DNA from: Macrostomum lignano
Lineage: Eukaryota
DNA length: 64,000 bases
NCBI GenBank assembly: GCA_002269645.1
Contig: NIVC01002249.1
Coordinates: 124,001 to 188,000 of the forward strand
Direction of reading: 5' to 3'
Below the pieces are notes generated by a model. That model worked only from the letters and a program-made list of their open reading frames with translations, was not told where the DNA came from and ran no database searches. The translations under genes were made by a program, and so were the position numbers. Of the stretch, positions 12,301-23,944 are shown piece by piece (the first letter of the stretch is position 1; the number at the start of each line of letters is the position of its first letter).

Positions 12301-14980
12301 GTGGGATGAGAAAAAGTACCACTTTTTTGTCTCTAGTTATGAAAAAAAAATTTCTCAGCATATTGTTAGGTTTTTTGGATGTTTTTTATGTACGCTCGTA
12401 TTTAGATGAATTTTTGCTATTAATCACCCAATATGTTAGTCAGAACAAACAGAATTTCATTTATGTAGATAGAATTGACTATTTTTCTCTTAAAAACAGT
12501 CGTTTTTTGTTGTTTTCACACAATTTTTTTAACTGATTTAAAATTTGTATTGTAAGTTACAAGTAAACATAATGAGTCAAAACAAGAGGTAGTAGAAACT
12601 GAAAAGAAAATAAGAGTAACGAATAATAAAAAAGTTGCATGATTTGATTAGTCAAGAAATAGTATAAAAACAATTTTGCATCTGATTTATTATCTATGAA
12701 ATTAGCTGTCTGAAGCACAAAAAATTAATTTCTTTGAAACATTAAATTCATTCTCATATGTTCTGCAATTCATTAAAGATATATATGTAGCAACTTAAAC
12801 ATTCAGTTGATACTTTCCACCTTTGGATGCATATAGCTACTAACAAGAAAAAAGACAAAAGAAAAAACTTAATTGCCATTGATGCTGGCAATGTAATATT
12901 AAATATGGTACAGAAAGATGGAATCTCTACAGAGTGCTGCCACACGAATTTGTGAAGTGTTTAACAGATTAGTCATGGCAGTACCATAACAGACATACTA
13001 TATTTTATATTACTCTTCGATTGACAATTACGCTTTAGATATGTTTTAGATGATGATTTTCCATTGGGACTGACTCTATATACCGAGGCCAGACACAGTT
13101 AAGTGCGGCTGACAGCACTGAAGCGGCGGTTAACAGAGAATGCGATGAGCTGTGGCCTGTGGAGACAGCCAGCTGATGTACGAGCATCAGTAAAAGGGAA
13201 AGACATCCAATAGTGTCTTGCTATTGGTTTGTTACATGTACAGCGAACATCTACTTTTATTCTAATGTGATCGATTTAATTCTACTGACCCAATTGGCTA
13301 AAGCACTGTAAACTGCACACCTCTCGGACGGATATGTAATGCCATTTGCTGCACTTTTACCTGTTTCTCTGCCAGAACACCAGCATCATTGTATGTGCCA
13401 CAATGCTAAGATGTGCAGTGGTCCTTTGGATGTGGTTAGTTCTGCAGGCATCGACGTAATTTATCAAATGAGACGAATTGTATACCGAGCATGACAGCTA
13501 GTGCAGGGCCAGAATCGATTACAGAGGTTCGCCAGAGCAATTGCAGTGATCCATGTGGCTGCCGAGTCAGACGTCTGTAATAGGCTAATTAACTTACCAA
13601 GACCAAAGTATTTAATTTAAATTTATAAGCTGCTCTTTTAGTAGTTATGCAGCATAAGAAAATAGTATAGTAAAATAGTAAAATAGTATTAAAGCTATGT
13701 TGCAGAATATAAATGCTTGCTGAATTATTTTAAAAAAAAACGCAAGTCTATTCGAAAAAAGATACATGCATTTTAGGTTTTAAAAGAAATGGCTTCCTAG
13801 CTCGTTTACTATATATATTCTAATTCAAAAAAACTTTTAATGCTTTAAAAGACATATTTTGCAAGCCTAATTTTTAGCTAAACCAGTTTTGTATATTTTA
13901 AGCATCATATTTCGGTGTTTAAGTACAATATTAAATTCTTGAGTGGTACAATATCAATTATTTCGGGTGTTTCTTGTTACGCGATAATTTTAAATACAAG
14001 CAATTTATACGAAAAAAACAAAATGTTGATTTAAAAATAACATTTTCTATTGAAATAATACTTATTAAATAGTAAACATAGAATAAAAGATGTATCTAAT
14101 TTATAAAAAAATAAAAGAAAACTTGCATTATTTCACAATTTTTGGTCGTTTTATTTTCCGTTGCGAAAAATAACAAATTGCTAGATTTCGTCTTAAATAT
14201 TTGGTTTCTTGTGGTTTTAACGGCAGTTTTTTAATTAAATTGACGAAAGAATCGTTTTTGCAAAATAATTACTTTATTCAAAAACTTTTTTTTCTGTACC
14301 AAAACATCATGACCTTAATTTGAGAACTACCCATTATAATGAAGATAGATTGCAATTTTGAATACTGCACATAGTTTTAGACGGGTAAAGCAAAAAATTG
14401 CTATTATTTGAAATCAAATACTAGAAGTCTAATGCGCTATTTGTTAATTAGATTTTTAATTAGTTTCATTTTGACTTGCTGACGCCCTTTTTTACTGACA
14501 GCTGCTGTGGCTTTTGAAGACGGCACATTCCCTGTTCGCCTGTACCCCATCATGGGTTCAATCCAAGGACTACTTAATAGTAATATACTACTATATTACT
14601 ATTATTACTATTACTGCTACTACTCGAAGCATATATGGCTGATTTTCTCGCCCTCCGATCAACAGGCGGAATATAGCCGCACTGTAGGCACTAGGACTAG
14701 GTTTAGGCTAGGCGTAAGGTCCCAGTCTTAGGCTAAGGGCTAGGCGTGGGAAGCCTCCGACTTCTATCCCTGACGTCGGAAGTCGTGACTTTTTCGGAGC
14801 AGATTTTTATTGATTGTTGTTCTTTAACAATCAAGTGTTCTAATTATGTAAGTTATTTTGACAATTGTATTTATTGACTACCTAGCTTGCTTATTTTTAT
14901 TTACTGAATTGTTCTTAATGTAGTTACTTTGCTGCCAGTCATCAGATATTTTGCCTTTCATGTGCATGTTACGGTTACAG

Positions 14981-15401
14981 AAATAGGCTGTCTCTGAACC
15001 AATGCTCCCAAAGCTCTGTTTCCTGGGATGGCGTCTGCGGCAGAGCCATCGATGGAAACACCAGTAGCAGGACTACGGAATAGTGCACTCACACGAACTG
15101 GGAGAAGGGCTGGTGGATGGCCGAGACTCCGAAGCTGGCACAAATCAGAGAGGTCAAGATCTTCAACAGACGACTCGACTGCTGTTCTAAAACAGACTTA
15201 CAAACTTTGTGGTCACGGTGGACGGTGACGCGTGTGCGCCTCGTACAACTCAAGCAGCGTCTTCAAGGTTTGAAGACGTTCAGTTGCAACAGAGTAGGCA
15301 GGGTCGTGAAGATCAACAGTCGCAAGAAAACTTCCCTGACCCTATGCGAAGTTCAGGTGTTCGGCTTCTACGCAAAGTCGTATATGGGCAGTAAGTTATA
15401 A
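14981..15401 (+). pseudogene. F-type lectin (fucolectin/tachylectin-4, FTP) domain exon, disrupted
   Basis: QSSVSWDGVCGRAIDGNT..*CTHT..GWW..IREVKIFNR..DCCS..(shifted frame: RLTNFVVTVDGDAC)..TFSCNRVGRVVKI..SLTLCEVQVFG. Acceptor TTACAG at 14980; TAG at 15081-15083 plus local frameshifts. Confidence 0.75.
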
Positions 15402-16410
15402 ACCTTTCCGTGTTCCCTTCGAAGACATTGCTAGGCTAAATTGTCAAGTGTTAAATTCATTACACCAACTCCAAGTGAGTGCTAAAGAATGCAATTTAAC
15501 ATATTATAAATAGCAACAGACTCTGTGTATGACACTCTTATCTGCAGCTCCACTGCCGATTGTCTAACTCGTACGGTGTGTGAAGCTTGACGACACCGAA
15601 TGAAGAGGAGGACGAATGATTGACTTCTATGACGGAGAGAATTGAGCAACTCTCAAAATAAGACTTTCACTCACCTAACGATTGTGAAAGTCTATTTATA
15701 TTTTCCTTTCGCCCAAGTGCAGGTTTATTTAAACACAGCTCTTTTTGATTCGCGGTGGTGGAAAGCTATCTAATAGAAAAGACATTTATCGGTTGAGAAG
15801 ATAGCTGGAACCCCGGATGACGGTGTATTGGAATATGTGCACCACTGAAGTTGCTTCGCCTTTCTACCCAGTTTGTAATGTTCAGTTAGCTAGGAATATC
15901 GACCAAAATCAAAGCTTTCCTCATGCACCAACCCCAACACTTCAAATATCCACTATATAGCATGTAGACACATCTAATTATGCCTTAATTCTGCAATGCA
16001 ATCAGGCAATTATTGCAATTATCAGGCAATCAGGCCCGCGATCAAGGTTTGTGTCTCTTCTCAGCTCGATGCCTCGATGTCCTCTCTCTAATCGCCTCTT
16101 TTTTTCTCCTCTTTCCTCTCCTCTCCTCTCCTCTCTCGTTTCCTCTCTTCCCCCCCTTTTTTGCCTCGCCTCTCCTTTCTCCTATCTCTCTTCTCTCTAT
16201 TCCATTTCCTTTCTCCCCTCCTCTGGCCCGCAGTTCTCTAGTTCTCGGTTCTCTAGCTGGCCCTAATTGAGGCGGAGTTTGCCGACCCTGATAATACAAA
16301 CTGAACTTTTTTCATATCTGATTGAAAGTCTCCTGTTAGTTTAAAATTACTTCGAATTGATTAATCCGCAGAAATATGGAGAGAGAAAGAGAGAGAGATT
16401 CACTTCTTGT

Positions 16411-17169
16411 CTACGACCAGTTTTGCTAAGCTATCTCGTGTCTCTATGATTCTAGCAGTCATACCGTTCTCACTACGACCAGTTTTGCTAAGCTATCTCG
16501 TGTCTCTATGATTCTAGCAGTCATACCGTTCTCACTACGACCAGTTTTGCTAAAATATCTCGTGTCTCTATGATTCTAGCAGTCATACCGTTCTCACTAC
16601 GACCAGTTTTGCTAAGCTATCTCGTGTCTCTATGATTCTAGCAGTCATACCGTTCTCACTACGACCAGTTTTGCTAAGCTATCTCGTGTCTCTATGATTC
16701 TAGCAGTCATACCGTTCTCACTACGACCAGTTTTGCTAAAATATCTCGTGTCTCTATGATTCTAGCAGTCATACCGTTCTCACTACGACCAGTTTTGCTA
16801 AGCTATCTCGTGTCTCTATGATTCTAGCAGTCATACCGTTCTCACTACGACCAGTTTTGCTAAGCTATCTCGTGTCTCTATGATTCTAGCAGTCATACCG
16901 TTCTCACTACGACCAGTTTTGCTAAGCTATCTCGTGTCTCTATGATTCTAGCAGTCATACCGTTCTCACTACGACCAGTTTTGCTAAGCTATCTCGTGTC
17001 TCTATGATTCTAGCAGTCATACCGTTCTCACTACGACCAGTTTTGCTAAGCTATCTCGTGTCTCTATGATTCTAGCAGTCATACCGTTCTCACTACGACC
17101 AGTTTTGCTAAGCTATCTCGTGTCTCTATGATTCTAGCAGTCATACCGTTCTCACTACGACCAGTTTTG
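16411..17169. repeat. Tandem array, 62-bp unit, 12 copies
   Basis: Unit CTACGACCAGTTTTGCTAAGCTATCTCGTGTCTCTATGATTCTAGCAGTCATACCGTTCTCA; near-identical copies with no spacers. Confidence 0.95.
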
Positions 17170-17269
17170 AGCTTGCGACAAGCCCCAAAGTCATAGCTGA
17201 ATTAATTGTCTGTCAGTTGCGGCCTGACTGTCTGACTATGAGAAAATCGGGGCCGCTGTGCACCCTGGA

Positions 17270-17405
17270 TGTGTGCATCCATTCCCTCGTTGAGATCCTA
17301 AACACCGCCATGCGCGCCAACGCCCCTAAGTTGTATTGCAGGAAGAAATACTCTCCTTGGTGGAGTCCCGAGCTCACTCACATGAAGAAAAACATCAAGA
17401 CAAGA
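17270..17405 (+). mobile_element. Non-LTR retrotransposon ORF2 fragment (EN-RT linker)
   Basis: [34 protein letters not shown] matches the PWW..EL linker motif. Confidence 0.5.
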
Positions 17406-17746
17406 AAACACAAGACAAGAAAAACCTTTGGTCTAGCTAAAACAGGCTTACATGGACCACCTAATTTCTCGGATAGACTGAAACATTCAACTGAACTGTC
17501 AATAGGTAATACACGAGAAGACACGAATGTCTCGCAGGAGATATCCCAATAACACAGAGTCCCGGAGAGGTGCAACAGTAACAGATGTTACATCAAGTGG
17601 ACTGGATACCTAAGGTAAGCATACTCGCATTGAAATTGCAGTAAGTACTAAAACAAAGTGTTATTTAGGATGAAAAAATGTTTTCCTGCCAGACCAAAAA
17701 GCAAAATCTACCAGGTAAGCAAATCGGTGCACATACAACTTAAGCT

Positions 17747-19010
17747 GGTCCAGCTAACCTACAGACTGTACTGACGTCACAGAGCCAGTCTGTTTAAGAG
17801 CCTCACAGATGGGAGGTGGAATTCAAGTTTAGGAGGTCCAGCTAACCTACAGACTGTACTGACGCAACTGAGCCAGTCTGTTGAAGAGCCTCACAGATGG
17901 GAGGTGGAATTTAATTTTAGGTGGTCCAACTAACCTACAGACTGCACTGACGCAACTGAGCCAGTCTGTTGAAGAGCCTCACAAATGGGGGTGGAATTCA
18001 AGTTTAGGTGGTCCAGCTAACCTACAGACTGCACTGACGCAACTGAGCCAGTCTGTTTAAGAGCCTCACAGATGGGAGGTGGAGTTCAAGTTTAGGTGGT
18101 CCAGCTAACTTACAGACTGCACTGACGCAACTGAGCCAGTCTGTTTTAGAGCCTCACCAATAGGAGGTAGAATTCAAGTCCAGGAGATCCAGCTAACCTA
18201 CAGACTGTACTGACACCAATATGCCAGTCTGTTTCAAAGTCTCAGTAGAATATCAGTTGCAAACTGTCAATCCTGAATTCTCGTATAAATGCCAAATTTG
18301 ACAGGCCCAGTCTGAAGACGGCAAGTCAGCTTTGATGCAGACGAGTGACGCAAGCAACTCCAGGAAGATGTCGACCAAGACTTTAAAGGCCAAGAGCCAT
18401 TGAGTCGACTATAGGCTGACACCTCACGTCTGGACACCTCTAAGAAGTCGGCTGAGGCACCTGAGATGCTGGTCAGTCCGGTGGACAGACGTGTTGCCTC
18501 ATCGCAGTTCAGTCATCGGACGAGATTGAAACTACTGTGGTGAGCCTGCTGCAAAAGTGTTCAGATTTGGCTTTTCCTATTCTAATTGAACTGGTCCAGC
18601 TAACCTACAGACTGTACTGACGCCACAGAGCCAGTCTGTTTAAGAGCCTCACATATGGGGTGGAATTCAAGTTTAGGAGGTCCAGCTAACCCAGCAACAG
18701 ACTGCACTGACGCAACTGAGCCAGTCTGTTGAAGAGCCTCACAGATAGGAGGTGGAATTCAAGTCCAGGAGGTCCAGCTAACCTACAGACTGCACTGACG
18801 CAACTGAGCCAGTCTGTTGAAGAGCCTCACAGATGGAGGTGGAATTCAAGTCCAGGAGGTCCAGCTAACCTACAGACTGCACTGACGCAACTGAGCCAGT
18901 CTGTTGAAGAGCCTCACAGATAGGAGGTGGAATTCAAGTCCAGGAGGTCCAGCTAACCTACAGACTGCACTGACGCAACTGTGAGCCAGTCTGTTGAAGA
19001 GCCTCACAGA
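17747..19010. repeat. 87-bp tandem repeat in two clusters (17747-18240, 18593-19010)
   Basis: Unit GGTCCAGCTAACCTACAGACTGCACTGACGCAACTGAGCCAGTCTGTTGAAGAGCCTCACAGATRGGAGGTGGAATTCAAGTCCAGGA; starts at 18771 and 18858 give the period. Confidence 0.9.
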
Positions 19011-19768
19011 TTGTGGCTTTCTGTGAGATGATTCCGCTATCCGTCGTAACATGTGTTGTCCGTCCGTTAAAACTTTTTTAATTGTTTAAAATTGAGTGGA
19101 AAGTTTTTCTATTGTAATACGTGAAATTTATTAAGCAAATGTATTTATTAATTATTGTATATCGTCGTCAATCTACTTGCTTTTTGGCACATATTTGGGA
19201 CGTTAAGTGTGTTTCTTTAGGTTTATCGTTATTCTAGTGCACTACGAGCTACAAATATGACTTTTTGCTATTTAAACTTTTGCTTGGCCGTTAATTTGCA
19301 CTGCTAACTATTTTTCTCGGCCTAAAAATTAGTTGCATTTGATTCATTTGTTTTTAATGAGGATGATCGGTTCTTGAGTCCGGAGCAAAGTAGAACTGAA
19401 TGCATTATTTGCACTTTATTACATATTTTGTATTTTGGGCTTCTGTCACGTGACTTTTTAGTGTTTTTTCTCGTGCTTAACAGTACTGGGTCGATAATAA
19501 TCGCAGTACTCTGCTAAATAAATGATGGTCCACCTAAACGGTGTCTTTTTGAAGGTCCACCTAAAACAGGTCCGGGCTGGTCCAGCTATCCCAGTTGAAA
19601 GTGACATGCAGTTTCCACGAGATGGCTAATCTGCAGGCTAAACTGAAAGACAACCCACGCTAACTTTTCGTGTAGAGACAAAAGACACCGGTTTTATAAG
19701 GAAACTAGGTGGTCCACCTAATGCATTAACCAAACTCTCTGGTCCCGCTAAACACACAGACAGTGGTA

Positions 19769-20195
<427 letters not shown>

Positions 20196-22243
20196 TAACG
20201 CCGACGTCTGTGGGAACAGTGTGCTATGGGCTCGGACAGCGCTCCGCTAAACGCGGCCGTGACCAAGACGTGCACCGGAAAGTGCAGTCGTGGAAATTGG
20301 CGCAGAAAACTTTGTCTACGGGGTAGAAAAAGGAAACACAATGCGTGTCACTATTTACAGTAGAGCTATTCGTAAAGTCAGCAAAATCGAATTTTTATAC
20401 ATAAAAATCATCTCGCACTTTATCAAAGATAATTGATAATTCCCTTCTCCAAGAAGGTCAGCACCAGATAAAAGCACCAGAGGCGGTATCAAAAGCAGCG
20501 GTACAGGTAGAAAAGCCCTAGTCTTCTTCTAGATTGCCCTAGATTGACAAATTTAGTTTTCACTAATTTGAGATTGGTAATTGTCTGGAAAGAAGACTCT
20601 TGAAACTCTTGAAAGAAAATTTATTGTATCTGTTTGAATGCTAAAGGTATTAAATATTTGAAAAAACGATTGTTTCTCCAACGTTTTTAATAGGAGGCTA
20701 TAGAAAAGGTCAAAATCTCGACTGACTGAATTAGTGAATTGCAATTCCAATTGAGATTGGCCACAACTTTTTGCTCTCCACTGTGTAGGCCTCAATACTG
20801 GCTGTGTGGAAGGGTAAGAAAATGCCCAGTGGCTGCATGTGTACATTCTGACCCTGGCTGACTGATGGAATGCATCGACAAATGGCTTTTTAGCAAAAAC
20901 CTGGACTATTCTAGATCTGTGGGGAAAATCTACTTGTTATAATATGCAAACATAATTTCCGGTTGCCTTCGCCGAAATTCGTAAAGTCAAAATTTAACGC
21001 AAGGTCTCTGTGGTGGTTACCTTACCTTCTCATGCCTTGCCTTCCCTCTACCTCTTGTCTTACATACCAGTTAATCTTTTAAAACATACCCAGGGTTTCT
21101 TTGGTATCCTCATCCAATCTCCTAACGAAACTTCTGTAAAAATGATAACTTTAAATTAAAAAATCTGTTTCCTGATGCCCTGACATCTGAGACTGAGAGA
21201 GAGTAGGCCTACATGCTATATTCTGTTTTCCTGAGCCAGACTTGATGAATAATGGTCTAGCAGTCTGTTATTTGTCATAGTCACTAGAATAATAAAAACT
21301 TAGGTAGTTTTTCAGTAGGCCAACTCTTTATAGTGTATTATCTATAGTGTAGGATACATCATTGATTATTGTAGGCCTAATAGTCAACTTAAGTCCCATA
21401 TCCCTTGCCCCCAATCTTTTGATTAATAAAATTATTAAAGAAAACTATTTGACAAAAAAGCACTTGTATGCCTAGACATAGTCTAGGCCTAAAAGGGAGA
21501 CTGATATGCTGTGTGCCTAATAAAACAGTAAAAAATTAAAAATATTTAATTCATCATTAAATTTAAACTATCAGTATCATGAAAAAATATTTAATTTTAG
21601 GCCTAGGCCTATGTTTTATTTAATGTAGGCCTAGTCTTCTCTTATAACTTATATTCTTATATATTTTTTAATTTAATATTTTGAGGTAGGCCTTATTTTA
21701 GCATTGTTTGTTTCCTAGAAAGTAGTATATTTGAAACTAGGTTATTTTGTTTTAATACATATAATATTAGTAATATTGTAAATATTTTAAATATTATGAA
21801 ATTTTATTTGTTTAAAAGACCAAATCAAGAAGAGTATAAATACACAAGCCGAATAAGAAGGAGAGCAACTTGGGCAACTTGTGCTACTTGTGCTTCGCTG
21901 GCTTCTAGCTTAAAACTGTTCTAGTATATTACTCGGTACTTACTGACTTAGTTATTTTAGAAAGCATCGGAAGCCCCAAGATTGGGAGAGTTTAACCCGT
22001 TCTCAGAGAACGAGACAACCAGATCTAGGATCTGAGAAATCGCCTTTAGGAGGCAGAGATCCTACCACAGGGTAGAGAAGCCCAGACTCAGAGTCTGAGA
22101 AACCCGCCTCAGGGCAGAATACCCAGCAAATAAGCTATGACCCTCTGATCCCAGGAACGCCCAGGACTGAAAATAATATCTTTAGAGGAGTATAAGGATA
22201 GGATAGACAGTGCCTAAAAAGACCGCTCAGGCCAGAAAGTACA

Positions 22244-22355
22244 ATAGAAGTACAGACGCTACTAGTAAAAGTACAGACGCTACCAATAAAAGTACATACG
22301 CTACTAATAGAAGTACAGACGCTACCAGTAAAAGTACATGCGCTACTAGTAAAAG
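22244..22355. repeat. 21-bp minisatellite
   Basis: AGTACAGACGCTACYARTARA, about 5 copies. Confidence 0.75.
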
Positions 22356-23944
22356 GCAAGTGATAACCAGTAAGATTAATAAGAAGGAATAACCCCTGTA
22401 ACAGCTTGGTAGCAGCAAATAAGGCTAAACAAAAGAATAAATAAGAGCCCTGGGACAGCTTTTGGTGGCATTTAGTAGGATTCTCAGTGCATAGGAAACA
22501 TGCCTAGCACAACTTTGGTCTCAGAAGTGGGATATTATTAAGAAGGAAACATCCACTAGCACAATTTTATATTTAAAAGTCTATTTATAATATATTTATT
22601 ATTTTTCTATCTTTTCTCAACTTTACTTTAAAATGCATAAGACTAAAGCCTAAGGTATAAAGCTTTACTTAAAGTAACCATAATTAGGAAGATAACCATT
22701 TAGAGAAAATTCTGATAAAAATAGTTAAATATATATGTTGTTCTATTGTATTATAATGCAATAGCAAGTAAGGAAGATCTTACACAATATAGTGCAAAAA
22801 ATGATGCAATTTGACAAGGTAAAATTTGGTATAAAAATATTTTTGCTGATAAATAATTAGTGATTTTTTGTTTGCCAGTATATTGATAGTTTTTTTAATT
22901 AAAATATATCAACATTGTAGTTTCTACAAACCAGATTTAATCATAACATAAGTCTTATTTTAAAAAGTTATTAGTTTTTTTATACTAAAATATTATCAAT
23001 TGATAAGTTAGGCTTTAGCTTTTATTATTAAAATTGAAATTGTTTATTAAATTTTTTGATAAAAAATAAGGTTTACTTTCAAAGATACATATATATAATA
23101 GTAACAGAGATTTAATTGTAATTTAGCCTACAGTCATCCAAGCACCATCACTATCACCAGTTTGGACCACTCAATAAAATAATAATATTTGCAATTATAG
23201 TAACAAACCAATGATATTTTAGATTCTAAATTATTTTTATATTAACATTTTTAAACAATTGTGCTACTATTACCATTGTCCCAATTGGCACCTTCATCAT
23301 TTTTTGCTACATAGTGTCAGAAAAGCCTAGAATTTTTATTTCTCCTGTTTTTTCACATGCCTTTAAGTAATGTAATACAATGTAATGACTATTTTATATT
23401 GAATTTACAATCTAGATAAATGTTCTGTTTGATTTCTAAGCTTATATATGAAAGTTAAAACATAGCCACCAAAGCAGCAGCCACTCCCCCTATAGCCACC
23501 ACTATTGCCAATATAACTTTATATATTTAATGTTAGAAATCAAAGAAATGATTGTATATATTGTAATTCAATCTAAAATAGTCATTACAGTGCATTATGA
23601 AATTAAAAACCTTAGATAATTATAGTAATAATATAACTATTGAATATGTATGAGCTCGTAAAGTTAGCTATAAATTGTAAATAAGATAATAAACAAATAA
23701 TGATATCAATATGAAATTTCACAAAAAAATTCTTTTCCCTCATGGTGCTACTTAGGCAGCAGTAGCACAATAGAGACTTTGCTTTATTTTGAATTGTCTA
23801 TTGATAGAGCATATTTTATCTCTATTGAAATTGGTACTGAATCTGGTTACTTGAATGCATGTTGTGCCAAATCTGCTTGGCTAAGATTTGCACTGACCAT
23901 TGCTGCTGCTGACTGCTTCCAGAGTGCTTTTGCCATATCTTGCA

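Noticed and set aside
16411-17169. Possible CRISPR array (also 7195-7914)
   Set aside because: Units are contiguous and near-identical with no unique spacers, no cas genes, eukaryotic context.
17747-19010. Tandem hammerhead ribozymes in the 87-bp repeat
   Set aside because: There is an 8-bp stem (ACAGACTG/CAGTCTGT) followed by TTGAAGA, but the CUGANGA and GAAA core nucleotides are not both present.
21960-22400. Possible coding exon upstream of CDK9
   Set aside because: Frames are interrupted by stops, no recognisable domain, and the ORF is partly a 21-bp repeat.
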